From Candidatus Giovannonibacteria bacterium (lineage in GTDB: Bacteria; Patescibacteriota; Minisyncoccia; JACPKW01; UBA11713): a stretch of DNA of 64,000 nt. Shown in pieces: positions 51,287-60,492 of the stretch. The position numbers were made by a program, and so were the translations under genes. Location: the NCBI GenBank assembly GCA_023266875.1, contig JAHFOJ010000001.1:12851-76850 (forward strand). The letters run 5' to 3'. Under the pieces are notes generated by a model. It was given only the letters and a program-made list of their open reading frames with translations. It was not told the origin of the DNA and searched no databases. Positions within the stretch are counted from its first letter, which is position 1. Every line of letters begins with the position of its first letter.

Positions 51287-52350
51287 TTTAAATTAACATC
51301 TAAAGTTTTTATTACTTCTGCTATTCGGGGAATTACTGCTTGATATGAATAATGTCTTCTGATAGTTTCTAAGGAATTCCCGCTGATTTTCCCCCTAAGC
51401 TCAAGATTTTCAAGTAGAGCTTTTGTCTTCTTGACAGCTTCAGCGACTGAAGAAAATAGATATCCGTTTTCCCCATCTTTTGTGAGAAAAGCATTCTCTC
51501 CCACATTTGATTGTAGAGTCGGGATGCCGCAGGCCATATATTCCACAGACTTAAGTGCACACTTCGCTTTATTCCAAAGCGTGTCATCAAGCGGGTTGAA
51601 AGCAATATCTGGCTCGTATTTTTTTAGGGTTCTAGCAGTGGCTTGTGGATCATTTGCCCAATCGGCTGTATCGTCAAAAAAAACTTTATATGGGGTGCTT
51701 TGCAACAAATCCTTCATACCGCTTACTTCTGAAGAAATGAGCACTAAGCGAAATGGAATTTCTGTTTTCCTATATAGCTCATCTGTAATTTCTTTTAAAA
51801 ACTTAATATGGCCGTCTTTGAGATGAGCCGGGGCACCTTCCCACACCAGCGTATAAATATTTCGAGACGCAGGATGAATTATGAACGGCGAATAGAGTTC
51901 ATAATCTACTACGCTTGGGATTAATTCGAGCCGAGAATTAAGCCCGCGCGCCCAGTCCAAAATCGCGTGCGAACCGCAGAAAACAACATCGGCGCTCCGT
52001 GCAAGCATGCGGGTTTTAAATCCAGAATGAAGCCACTCGGCGTCATCAAGATCATAAATCATTTTTTTCCCATATTTTCTTTTAAGTAAAATCAAAAGAA
52101 TTACAAAATCAAACGGAAAAAGGCTTTTGTGAACGTATAGAATTTTCACTTCAGGATTTCTTATTTTCCAGATGATATCTCTTAAAATTCTGAAACGTTC
52201 TGTTGAAATCCTCCAGAGAGGATAGCGTGCTCCGGAGAAAACATCATAATCATATCCGAAAATATTTTTCAATCGTTCCGCAACATACCAAACGCGCAAA
52301 CGAGAACTCGCAACAGATCTGTCACCTTTCGTAAAAAACAGAATTTTCAT
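51283..52350 (-). CDS. GT4 glycosyltransferase
   Basis: SSRLR, YDLDD, KCALKSVEYMACGIP. Confidence 0.9.
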   Translation of the reverse strand: MKILFFTKGDRSVASSRLRVWYVAERLKNIFGYDYDVFSGARYPLWRISTERFRILRDIIWKIRNPEVKILYVHKSLFPFDFVILLILLKRKYGKKMIYDLDDAEWLHSGFKTRMLARSADVVFCGSHAILDWARGLNSRLELIPSVVDYELYSPFIIHPASRNIYTLVWEGAPAHLKDGHIKFLKEITDELYRKTEIPFRLVLISSEVSGMKDLLQSTPYKVFFDDTADWANDPQATARTLKKYEPDIAFNPLDDTLWNKAKCALKSVEYMACGIPTLQSNVGENAFLTKDGENGYLFSSVAEAVKKTKALLENLELRGKISGNSLETIRRHYSYQAVIPRIAEVIKTLDVNLK

Positions 52351-53690
52351 ATCAAATTTTTAAAGCGCGATATCACTTCTCCAAAATTCCCTGCTAAATC
52401 CCAAATTATTATAAGGAATAGAAAAAGGAAACTCATCGCCGCTATATACTTCAGCTTCTGTTTATTTTCCTTGTCATAATAAAACTTTGTAAGAACGTAG
52501 GCCACAGAGATCGCGAGGAATATAAAAAATGGCGCGCGATAGCGAGTCTCGACTATAACCGGGATGACCGCGAGCGGCTGAAGAATCGCGAACAAAATAA
52601 ATATCCGTTTTCTAAAAATATTTTTAGTCTCATCTCCCAAAAGAAAAACCCCCGCAATGCCAAAACCGAAAAGAATCGACGTCCACAGGAAGGAAGCTCC
52701 TAATGTAAATACTTTCTCAAATTTCCCAAGATGATCCCAAAAACCAGTCGGGCGGAGCATGCTGAAATAAATTCCAGCCTTTTCTAATTGTAAATCTATA
52801 AATTTAATGGGATGCGCTCTAATAAAACTAAAATATTCCGACCACCCTTTCTCATCAGAGGCAATAATTCCATTTGAGCGCCTAAAACTTGCGATTTCAT
52901 TGGTTTTATCAAATCCACCTGTCGCGCTAGCATTATTCCCTACCCACAAATCATACCCGCCAGTTGAAGAAGTTAAAATGACCCGGTGGTAAATATTCCA
53001 ATTGCGGACCGCCCAGGGGGCAACAATAATAATAGGAAATAAAAAAAGCAAAAAAGCATAAGATATCTTATTTCTGTAGAAAAATATTATTGCGCCAGCA
53101 ATTAGATAAAAAACTATCGTTGGACGCGCCATAAATGAAACGCCTAGCAGAAAACTTGAATATAAAACAGATTTAATATTTGGAGAATCAAGAGTTTTTA
53201 ATAAGATATAACTTGTCCAAGCAAGCAGAAAGAGAAAAAATGTTTCGGTGAGCAACATAGAATTCAAAATTATTAAATCAGGAGAAAACCCGAAAAGAAA
53301 CGCCGCCAGCAAACCGACTTGTTCTCGATAGCCATAGTCCTCAAACAGGAAAAGGCATAATTTATAAATTATGAAAGCTGTCAAGAAGCGCAAAAGCCCA
53401 TGGATAATCCATACAAGCCATATTTTGTGGCCAAAGATTTTATAGATTCCGGCGAGAAAAAATTCATACCCTGGGCCGATGCGGCCGATCCCGTCGTCTA
53501 AAGCAGGTGTATTAAAATAATAATCAGGGTGCTCAAGATACCCAATCCCCTGGGCTAGATTCCAGCCGATATTATCGTAGGCACGCGCATCAACTGCCGT
53601 CGGGATTCTATAATAGAAGGAGTAAGCCAAACTCGCGCAAAAAATCACGATAAGCACGATCCATAATTTATTTCTCGTTTGTAAGTTCAT
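52347..53690 (-). CDS. GT-C (ArnT/PMT-like) membrane glycosyltransferase
   Basis: DARAY, PGY, LTETF, PWAVRN, LWVGNN, RYRAP. Confidence 0.82.
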   Translation of the reverse strand: MNLQTRNKLWIVLIVIFCASLAYSFYYRIPTAVDARAYDNIGWNLAQGIGYLEHPDYYFNTPALDDGIGRIGPGYEFFLAGIYKIFGHKIWLVWIIHGLLRFLTAFIIYKLCLFLFEDYGYREQVGLLAAFLFGFSPDLIILNSMLLTETFFLFLLAWTSYILLKTLDSPNIKSVLYSSFLLGVSFMARPTIVFYLIAGAIIFFYRNKISYAFLLFLFPIIIVAPWAVRNWNIYHRVILTSSTGGYDLWVGNNASATGGFDKTNEIASFRRSNGIIASDEKGWSEYFSFIRAHPIKFIDLQLEKAGIYFSMLRPTGFWDHLGKFEKVFTLGASFLWTSILFGFGIAGVFLLGDETKNIFRKRIFILFAILQPLAVIPVIVETRYRAPFFIFLAISVAYVLTKFYYDKENKQKLKYIAAMSFLFLFLIIIWDLAGNFGEVISRFKNLI

Positions 53691-54283
53691 ACTGTTATTT
53701 TCGCGAACAAATTCATTCCCAGCTCGAAATAGCCCATTTTGGCTTTAGATAAATCGAAGCCGGCACTCGCCAGATGATCCCGTAAAAGGCGCTTGGAATA
53801 ATAGCGCTTATGGTCGCGATACTGAGCTTCGTCAATTAAATGCAGACGATATGCTAAAAATTCTCCAATATATTTATTGGGCGGAGTTGGGACTGTAATC
53901 AGTAAAATACCCCCGGGTTTCAAAATCCGCTTCGCTTCTTTTAGAATTTCTACCGGGCGCAAAAGATGTTCGAGCACAGCAAGAAGCGTTACCGTATCTA
54001 CGCTTTTGTCCGTCATTGGAAGCTCATGTTCAACAAAAATATTTTTGAGCGTAATATTGCCCTCGCGGCTTTCAGAAATTTTCTTATCAAGTCCTATGCC
54101 TTCTTTTATATAACTCTTGAGATCGCGCAAAAGTTGCGCGTGCGGCCCGCAACCTATGTCGCATAAAATAGCTCCCGGCGGGAGATGTGGCCGAATCTTT
54201 CGTATACGTATCCAGCGGAGAAAAACGTCTAGAAAAGAATTCACAAGTAATTCATATAATAGCTTATTTCTAAAAAAGATCAA
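53687..54283 (-). CDS. class I SAM-dependent methyltransferase
   Basis: DIGCG, AVLEHL, RILKPGG, TVP. Confidence 0.9.
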   Translation of the reverse strand: MIFFRNKLLYELLVNSFLDVFLRWIRIRKIRPHLPPGAILCDIGCGPHAQLLRDLKSYIKEGIGLDKKISESREGNITLKNIFVEHELPMTDKSVDTVTLLAVLEHLLRPVEILKEAKRILKPGGILLITVPTPPNKYIGEFLAYRLHLIDEAQYRDHKRYYSKRLLRDHLASAGFDLSKAKMGYFELGMNLFAKITV

Positions 54284-54313
54284 AGGCGTTCCCCTTTCGG
54301 TAAAACGCCTTTG

Positions 54314-54919
54314 TCATTTGATGTGCCGAATTATAGATTGCTTCCCAAGGAAAGTTTCATTCAGCCGCAGAAACCACATAAGCGCCAAAGGGAACCATCC
54401 ATAAATAAGCCTGTCCCAAAAAATCCTTGGCGAACGTTTCCATTTCCGTAAAATTTTCCCCATTGTTTTTTTTCTCCGCTTATATTGCTGAGTCGCACAC
54501 ACATTTTCGACCCACAGAATTTGCATTGACGATAGCGGGATTTTGGCATCAATGTTTCTTAGGATCATCTCTATGCGTCCGCGCTTGCAAAGCGGAGCTA
54601 AGATAATGGGATTTACGATTTCCAAATCGACTCCGATAAAATCTTTAAAGCTCTTAATTTCTCCGTCGGTTGTATCGGCCGAAGGATTAATAATAAGAGA
54701 ATCTCTTGGGATGCCCATACGTCTAAGCAGTTTTTGAAGCATTCTTAATTCTGGCTCGCGCATTCCTCTCCATTGCACATTAGACGAGATGTAAAAATGC
54801 GTCGCTTTTCTTAAATCATATAGCACTTTTGCGGCGTAAGCGGCTAAGCGCATTTCAAAAGACGGACGATTCGGGCTTTTCCAATAAGGAGCCCAGCTTA
54901 AAATTAGGCAAATTTTCAA
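54314..54919 (-). CDS. divergent DUF218/YdcF-like protein
   Basis: E..ML..LL..MGIP.D.LII.P.ADTT..EI resembles the DUF218 core; SD AGGAGGTG favours a TTG start at 54919. Confidence 0.5.
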   Translation of the reverse strand: MKICLILSWAPYWKSPNRPSFEMRLAAYAAKVLYDLRKATHFYISSNVQWRGMREPELRMLQKLLRRMGIPRDSLIINPSADTTDGEIKSFKDFIGVDLEIVNPIILAPLCKRGRIEMILRNIDAKIPLSSMQILWVENVCATQQYKRRKKTMGKILRKWKRSPRIFWDRLIYGWFPLALMWFLRLNETFLGKQSIIRHIK

Positions 54920-54964
54920 GCAACTCACCTCCTTTCTACATTGTAAAAATTAGCTTATTTTGAC

Positions 54965-55657
54965 CTACCTGTCAATTAAGTTAAACCAAAGAACCGCGAA
55001 AAGCGCGCGGACACCGTCCCAAGGGCGGATTTTTTTACCTTCTTCGTAGGTTCGGCCGGCATAGCTTATCGGCACTTCAAAAATTCTAAAATGAGCATGC
55101 GCCGCGCGAGCCGTCAGTTCCGCCTCTATCGCAAACCCCTTTGATTTTATACGGGGCAATATTTCTTTAAGCGAATCTGCTCGAAAAACTTTATAGCAAG
55201 TGTAGACATCAGATAAATTAAGATTCGTAAATATATTTGAAAAAAGCGTAACAATACCATTTCCGAGCGAATGCCAAAAATAGAGAACTCTTCGCTCTTC
55301 ACCGCGAAATCTTGAACCAAATACAACATCCGCCCTGCCTTCAAGTATAGGTTCAATAAGCCTCCCATATTCAGATGGATTATATTCCAAATCGGCATCC
55401 TGAATTAATATGATGTCCCCGGCCGCATTTTCAAAGCCCAGACGCAATGCTGCGCCTTTGCCTAAATTCTTCTCATTCCTAACGCATTTTATGCCAGGCA
55501 TCTTTGAAACAAATTCAAAAGTTCCGTCAGTTGAATAATCATCAACAACAATAATCTCTTTTTCGAGAGGCAATTCGACAGACCTGACTTTTTCAATAAC
55601 CGCGTTAATAGTCTTTCTTTCGTTGAAAGCTGGAATTATAATCGATAGTTTTTTCAT
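54965..55657 (-). CDS. GT2 DPM1-like polyprenol-phosphate glycosyltransferase
   Basis: IPAFNE, VDDYSTDG, QDADLEY, D..TCYK, EGKKI. Confidence 0.93.
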   Translation of the reverse strand: MKKLSIIIPAFNERKTINAVIEKVRSVELPLEKEIIVVDDYSTDGTFEFVSKMPGIKCVRNEKNLGKGAALRLGFENAAGDIILIQDADLEYNPSEYGRLIEPILEGRADVVFGSRFRGEERRVLYFWHSLGNGIVTLFSNIFTNLNLSDVYTCYKVFRADSLKEILPRIKSKGFAIEAELTARAAHAHFRIFEVPISYAGRTYEEGKKIRPWDGVRALFAVLWFNLIDR

Positions 55658-56769
55658 GATTGTTTCGACTTTTCGAGCATAAAATCGTATATCACTTTTG
55701 CGCGACCCTCCCAGCTAAAATCTTTAGCTTTTGTTGCAGCTCGCCTTGCCTTTTCTAGCATAATTTGAGGATTTGCGAAAGCCCCATTTATTACATCTAA
55801 CAGGCTATGCGCATTATCTGCCTCAAAGAAAAATACTTCATTATCAGACACAAATTCGCGTATCGACGGCAAATTAGAGATAACAATTGGCTTAGCCATC
55901 AACAAATATTCCGGAATTTTTAAAGGCGAAGTGTAAAGACTGGTCCAATTCGATTTGCCTGAAAATGGGGCGAGAAGCATGTCCGCGGCCGACATATATT
56001 CTCCAGCCTTCTGGTGCGAAACTTGCTCGACCCAAATTATTTTCCTGAAGTTCTCATTGCTTTTAAAATTTGCGATTTCATTTCCACGCCCGCCGACTGA
56101 AATTATTTTAATTTCTGGGGGCAAGAGTTGAGCCAGCTTAAGCAATGTGAGAATTCCTTTTTCTTCTGACGGAGTCCCTATATAAATTATTAGTTTTTCA
56201 TCCATGGGAAGCGAGAGACGCTTGCGCGCTTCTTCTCGCGAGAGATTACTTTTGAAATTCAAGTCCACGCCGTTCAACGCGACTATAATTTTATCTTTTG
56301 GTACGCCAAATATTTTTGTCAAATCATCCGCTTTTTTTTTATTTGTGGTAATTATCCCGCGAGCAACTCCAAAAACACGCCTATATACAAAACTGGGCAG
56401 GCGCTCAAATGCATGGACTTCAAAAAAGAACATGTTTGAACGGATATTTAAAAAATATGAAAGCCAAAAAGCAAGCAATCCATCCCTCAGAAACCAAACT
56501 GTATCCGGGTTATGTTTTATAATGATGGACACTCGGCGCGCAAAAAATAAGCTTTTCGGCCAAAAATGAGGCTTGCCGAGCGCCAAAACATTAAATTCAT
56601 TCCTCACGTCATAATCACCAAAAATTTCCTTAATCGGCGCTCTCAATTCGCGGACATATAGTGTAAATTTCTCCGCCAATCGAGAAAAGGATTCGGACAT
56701 TTTCATGACCTGAAGCCGGTTTACGAATCTAGAAGGATATGCAAGTGGCGTTAGATATCTTAAATCCAT
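55654..56769 (-). CDS. GT4 glycosyltransferase
   Basis: SPLKIPEY, FEVH; start placed at MDLRYL. Confidence 0.9.
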   Translation of the reverse strand: MDLRYLTPLAYPSRFVNRLQVMKMSESFSRLAEKFTLYVRELRAPIKEIFGDYDVRNEFNVLALGKPHFWPKSLFFARRVSIIIKHNPDTVWFLRDGLLAFWLSYFLNIRSNMFFFEVHAFERLPSFVYRRVFGVARGIITTNKKKADDLTKIFGVPKDKIIVALNGVDLNFKSNLSREEARKRLSLPMDEKLIIYIGTPSEEKGILTLLKLAQLLPPEIKIISVGGRGNEIANFKSNENFRKIIWVEQVSHQKAGEYMSAADMLLAPFSGKSNWTSLYTSPLKIPEYLLMAKPIVISNLPSIREFVSDNEVFFFEADNAHSLLDVINGAFANPQIMLEKARRAATKAKDFSWEGRAKVIYDFMLEKSKQS

Positions 56770-56814
56770 CAGAAAATAGTTGAAAAAAAATGATAATTTG
56801 ATAATATTGATACA

Positions 56815-57096
56815 ATGAATCCCGTTAGAGATGATAAGTTTTATTATACCTATATATTGCGCAGCAAAAAAGATCAAAGATGGTTTACTGGTTTTACATA
56901 TGATTTACGGAAGCGCTTTATAAAACGTAATTTGAAAAGTTACGTCAACAATAAATAAAGGGCAGTTTAACTTAATATATTACGAAGCTTGTAAAATGAG
57001 GGCGACGCAAGGTCGAGGGAAAAATATTTAAAAACTGGCATGGATAAGTGTTATATTAAAAATAGATTAAAGCGCTTCCTATCTCTAACGGAATGA
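56815..57096 (+). pseudogene. GIY-YIG nuclease pseudogene with two frameshifts (not in ORF track)
   Basis: Three frame segments: MNPVRDDKFYYTYILRSKKDQRWFTGFTYDLRKRF / KVTSTINKGQFNLIYYEAC / NEGDARSREKYLKTGMDKCYIKNRLKRFLSLTE*. Confidence 0.85.
56820..57092 (+). mobile_element. putative GIY-YIG-carrying element with 12-bp terminal inverted repeats and an ATGAA duplication
   Basis: ATGAA|TCCCGTTAGAGAT...ATCTCTAACGGA|ATGAA. Confidence 0.7.
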
Positions 57097-58565
57097 ATAA
57101 TAGCAAGATTCAGGATAAAATTCACCCATCCACCAAAGATTTTGGCGGGCGGGTTCATGCAATTGGCTGTGACGTGACCGAAAGACAGCTTCAAAACTCC
57201 CTTGAAAAAATTGCCGCGATCCCAAGCCTTTCATCAAAGATAGTTTGCCTGCCAGATCTCTATTTAAAAGCGCGCACAGAGGCTCCCGCGTCAATTGTCA
57301 CAGCAATAAATAACGCGATAGTGCCGACCCTTTCCGCGCCTTCACTCGGCTGTAGTATGGGCGTAATCGCGACGAATCTTACAGCAAAGGATTTAACCGA
57401 AAATACCGAGCGCGTTTTTTTTAATCACATGCAAGATGAGCTGGGTAAATATTATAACTTCTGGGACAACATCGCGGTTTGGCTTGGGCTCAAAACACGC
57501 CGGTTAAATAAGTACGACCTTTCTTTGGAAGAATTCGACGGCATCGTCAAGAGAGGGGCGAAAGCCGCAATCCAGCGTTATGGTTTTTCTGAAAAAATCC
57601 TCGAAAATATAGAATGGGGCGGATCAGTCTATTCGAATGAGGAAATTCGAAACTTGGATCTCAAAAAAATATTACCACGCTCTTCATTCACCAATGGACG
57701 TCACGATCTAGGCTACGGATTTAAAGGAAATCATTTCCTTGAGATTCATGTGATTGAAGATATTTTCGACTCAAAAACCGCTTCAGCTTGGGGGCTTTCA
57801 AAAGATCAAATTGTTATCTTCTACCACGGCGGCGGAGGCATGGTGCCATATCACATGGGGCGTTACTACGCCAATCGCATGAAAAATAATCTTAAGCAAA
57901 AATTCTTCTTAAGAATCGGAAAGTTGTTTTTTCATCTTTTTTCCATGGATGGAATAAAAAATTTCAGAGAGCGCGCGCGCTATTACTTTTTTCCCGAACT
58001 TTTTCAGGAAATTAAGGCTGATTCTATGGAAGGTATACGTTACGGGCTCGCGATTAAAGCTGCGCTCAACTACAGCTACGCTTTTAATATCGCATTAATG
58101 GCGCGGGTGCGAGATGCTCTGAAAAATACTTTCAAAGATAAGAATATTGAAATCAAACCGATATATGCTCTCGTCCATAATTCGATTATCAAAGAAAAAG
58201 TTGGGCCGCACGAGCTATTTGTACATCGCCACACATTAAATCGTGTCGAGGAAGGAAAGCCGACAATTCTTTCGGGCTTCAATAACACAATTTCTTATAT
58301 CGGTATTGGGCTAAAGCCGCCTCCAGAGACGCTCTGGTCGGCTGAACATGGCGCGGGAGAAAATATAAAACGTTTCGAGCGTGAAGGAAAATCTAGAGAA
58401 GACAGCGGCCGCGAAACTATTATTTTCAAGACAAAACCGCCCCCTGCGACGCACGTTAAACATAGAACGGCCGAGGGAGTTGATTTCGTTATGACGAAAC
58501 TTGAAGAAGCCGGATTAATGCGAAAAGTATTATCATTAAGACCGCTGGCTAGTTTTAAAGGATAA
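57093..58565 (+). CDS. divergent RtcB-fold protein
   Basis: LPD, LGCSM, GNHFLEI, YHGG, VHNS, VHR, SAEHGAG, terminal KG. Confidence 0.85.
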   Translation: MNNSKIQDKIHPSTKDFGGRVHAIGCDVTERQLQNSLEKIAAIPSLSSKIVCLPDLYLKARTEAPASIVTAINNAIVPTLSAPSLGCSMGVIATNLTAKDLTENTERVFFNHMQDELGKYYNFWDNIAVWLGLKTRRLNKYDLSLEEFDGIVKRGAKAAIQRYGFSEKILENIEWGGSVYSNEEIRNLDLKKILPRSSFTNGRHDLGYGFKGNHFLEIHVIEDIFDSKTASAWGLSKDQIVIFYHGGGGMVPYHMGRYYANRMKNNLKQKFFLRIGKLFFHLFSMDGIKNFRERARYYFFPELFQEIKADSMEGIRYGLAIKAALNYSYAFNIALMARVRDALKNTFKDKNIEIKPIYALVHNSIIKEKVGPHELFVHRHTLNRVEEGKPTILSGFNNTISYIGIGLKPPPETLWSAEHGAGENIKRFEREGKSREDSGRETIIFKTKPPPATHVKHRTAEGVDFVMTKLEEAGLMRKVLSLRPLASFKG

Positions 58566-58568
58566 AAT

Positions 58569-59408
58569 ATGGATTCAACCAAAGAACTTCGCCAAAAACT
58601 ACAAGCATTTAAATACGAAGGACGCGAACGCCCGTGGGGTTATCGCGCGCTTCAGCGAGGACCATCGATTTATATTACACGTTTCGCAATCAAGCACGAT
58701 CTCACCCCGAATCAGATTACACTTGCGGGAATTATCTGCGGAATAATCGGCAGTTTTCTTGTATTTTTCGCCTTGCCATTTAAAATAGCGGGCGCGATTT
58801 TGCTATATGCCAATATTCTCTCCGATAAAGTTGATGGTGAAACTGCCCGCTTCCGCATCCAAGAAAAAAGAGGAAAAGTTTATCTGCGAGGAGTATACTT
58901 AGACGAACTTAATCATCTCATAATTCCTCCCCTCTTTTTGCTCGGAGTAACGCTTGGAATTATTTCAAATTTCCCCTATAACACGTCCATCCTTGCCTTC
59001 ACAGGCCTATTTGCTACGCTCTCCCTCCCTTTCCTTCGAGTTTATCATTCGCTCGCTCCGCAGATTTTCATGAAAAAATATATAAAACATCCTGAATTAT
59101 TCTCTCCATTGCCTCATGCGAACGAGCCTGATCCAATATTCCAGATCAAAAAGAAATATTCTCCTCTAAAGAAATTTATTCAAGCAATTCATCAATTGCA
59201 AGATTTTTTTATAATAGTTTTCTTATTATTTCTCTCATTTTTGGGTGAGATAACAATGCCGATGTTCCGTCCGCATTTGCTTTCAGGCCTGCTTGTAGTA
59301 ATCCTTGGGATTATCCTGCCGCTTATCGTCATCGAAAATTCAATTAAAGGATTCTTTCAAATCGAACACCGCGTGCGGGACATTAAAGATAAATACTGGC
59401 AGAAATAG
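58569..59408 (+). CDS. CDP-alcohol phosphotransferase family protein
   Basis: TPNQIT and D.VDGETAR...G..LD..NH motif; TMs. Confidence 0.88.
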   Translation: MDSTKELRQKLQAFKYEGRERPWGYRALQRGPSIYITRFAIKHDLTPNQITLAGIICGIIGSFLVFFALPFKIAGAILLYANILSDKVDGETARFRIQEKRGKVYLRGVYLDELNHLIIPPLFLLGVTLGIISNFPYNTSILAFTGLFATLSLPFLRVYHSLAPQIFMKKYIKHPELFSPLPHANEPDPIFQIKKKYSPLKKFIQAIHQLQDFFIIVFLLFLSFLGEITMPMFRPHLLSGLLVVILGIILPLIVIENSIKGFFQIEHRVRDIKDKYWQK

Positions 59409-59412
59409 AAAG

Positions 59413-60492
59413 TTAATTTTCTGTGTTGAAAAGTGAAATAAACTCGCGAACCTCTCTCTCTTTCCCGAATTTCTCGGCGAATTCAAGGCCAGCTTTGCGA
59501 AATTTATCGTAAAGTTCTTCGTCCGCCAAAAGTTTTCTTATTTTCTTGCCGAATTCGGCGACATCTCCGGGCTTTATTAAAAACTCTTCGAAGCCGGCTG
59601 GTGCAATATCTCTAACTCCGCCAACATCGGACGCGACAAACGGCGTTCCAGCGGCCATCGCCTCCAGAAGAGAATGCGGCACGCCTTCCTCGCGAGATGG
59701 CATTAAAAAGGCATCTGCCGCTTGATAATAAGCGACCATATCGCGATTCGGAACAGGCCCGATAACTTTGACAGGTATATGCGAACCAAGCGCTTCTGCC
59801 TCAAGTGATTCGCGGTACGGACCATCGCCGACAACAAACAAAACAGCATCAGAATCTCGAATGTAAGATATGATCGGCACCAAAAGATCCGCGCCTTTTC
59901 TCTCTGATAGGTGGTGAACAAAAAGAATCAGTTTTGTAGATCCTTTAATTCCAAACCAGCTTTTTGTGGCCTCTTTGCTTTCCTTTGGCAAAAAACGTCC
60001 GGCATCCACCCAATTTGAAACAATCTTCCATTTACGAACACGAAAATGCTTTACATATTCTTCAGCAAGACTCTTAGACCCTGTAACTAAAGTTGTGTGG
60101 CGCAAAATAAATCTAAAACACCGCTCCTCAAAAAAACCGCGGCGAAAAAGCCAAGGCATGCCGCAATTCCAATAAGAAACTCTCAAGCGGGCAAGCCAGC
60201 CTGCGAGCGCTCCATAATATGAGTAGTGAACATAAATATTATTGTATCCTTCTTTTTTCAGCCGCCTCAAAATAAAATAAAGTTCAAAAAAACGCGCAAT
60301 TCCTTTTTTGTGTTTCTGGACCAGAAATGGAACGTTAAGATTAATCGGACTTACAGCGTTTTCTATCACCGCATAAATATCAATCGCGGAACTTGCGGCG
60401 CGGATCAGCTCATAATTATAAAACAAATGAGTATCAGTTTTGTCGTCATACTTAGGCAAAATATAAATTACCTTTTCAGACATGCCTTCCAT
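59413..60492 (-). CDS. GT4 glycosyltransferase
   Basis: RKG, PSREEGVPHSLLEAMAAG. Confidence 0.92.
   Translation of the reverse strand: MEGMSEKVIYILPKYDDKTDTHLFYNYELIRAASSAIDIYAVIENAVSPINLNVPFLVQKHKKGIARFFELYFILRRLKKEGYNNIYVHYSYYGALAGWLARLRVSYWNCGMPWLFRRGFFEERCFRFILRHTTLVTGSKSLAEEYVKHFRVRKWKIVSNWVDAGRFLPKESKEATKSWFGIKGSTKLILFVHHLSERKGADLLVPIISYIRDSDAVLFVVGDGPYRESLEAEALGSHIPVKVIGPVPNRDMVAYYQAADAFLMPSREEGVPHSLLEAMAAGTPFVASDVGGVRDIAPAGFEEFLIKPGDVAEFGKKIRKLLADEELYDKFRKAGLEFAEKFGKEREVREFISLFNTEN

Noticed and set aside
56770-56877. N-terminal extension of the GT4 ORF, including ISNG
   Set aside because: This is the antisense reading of the element's left repeat and the promoter region; the GT domain starts at 56769.
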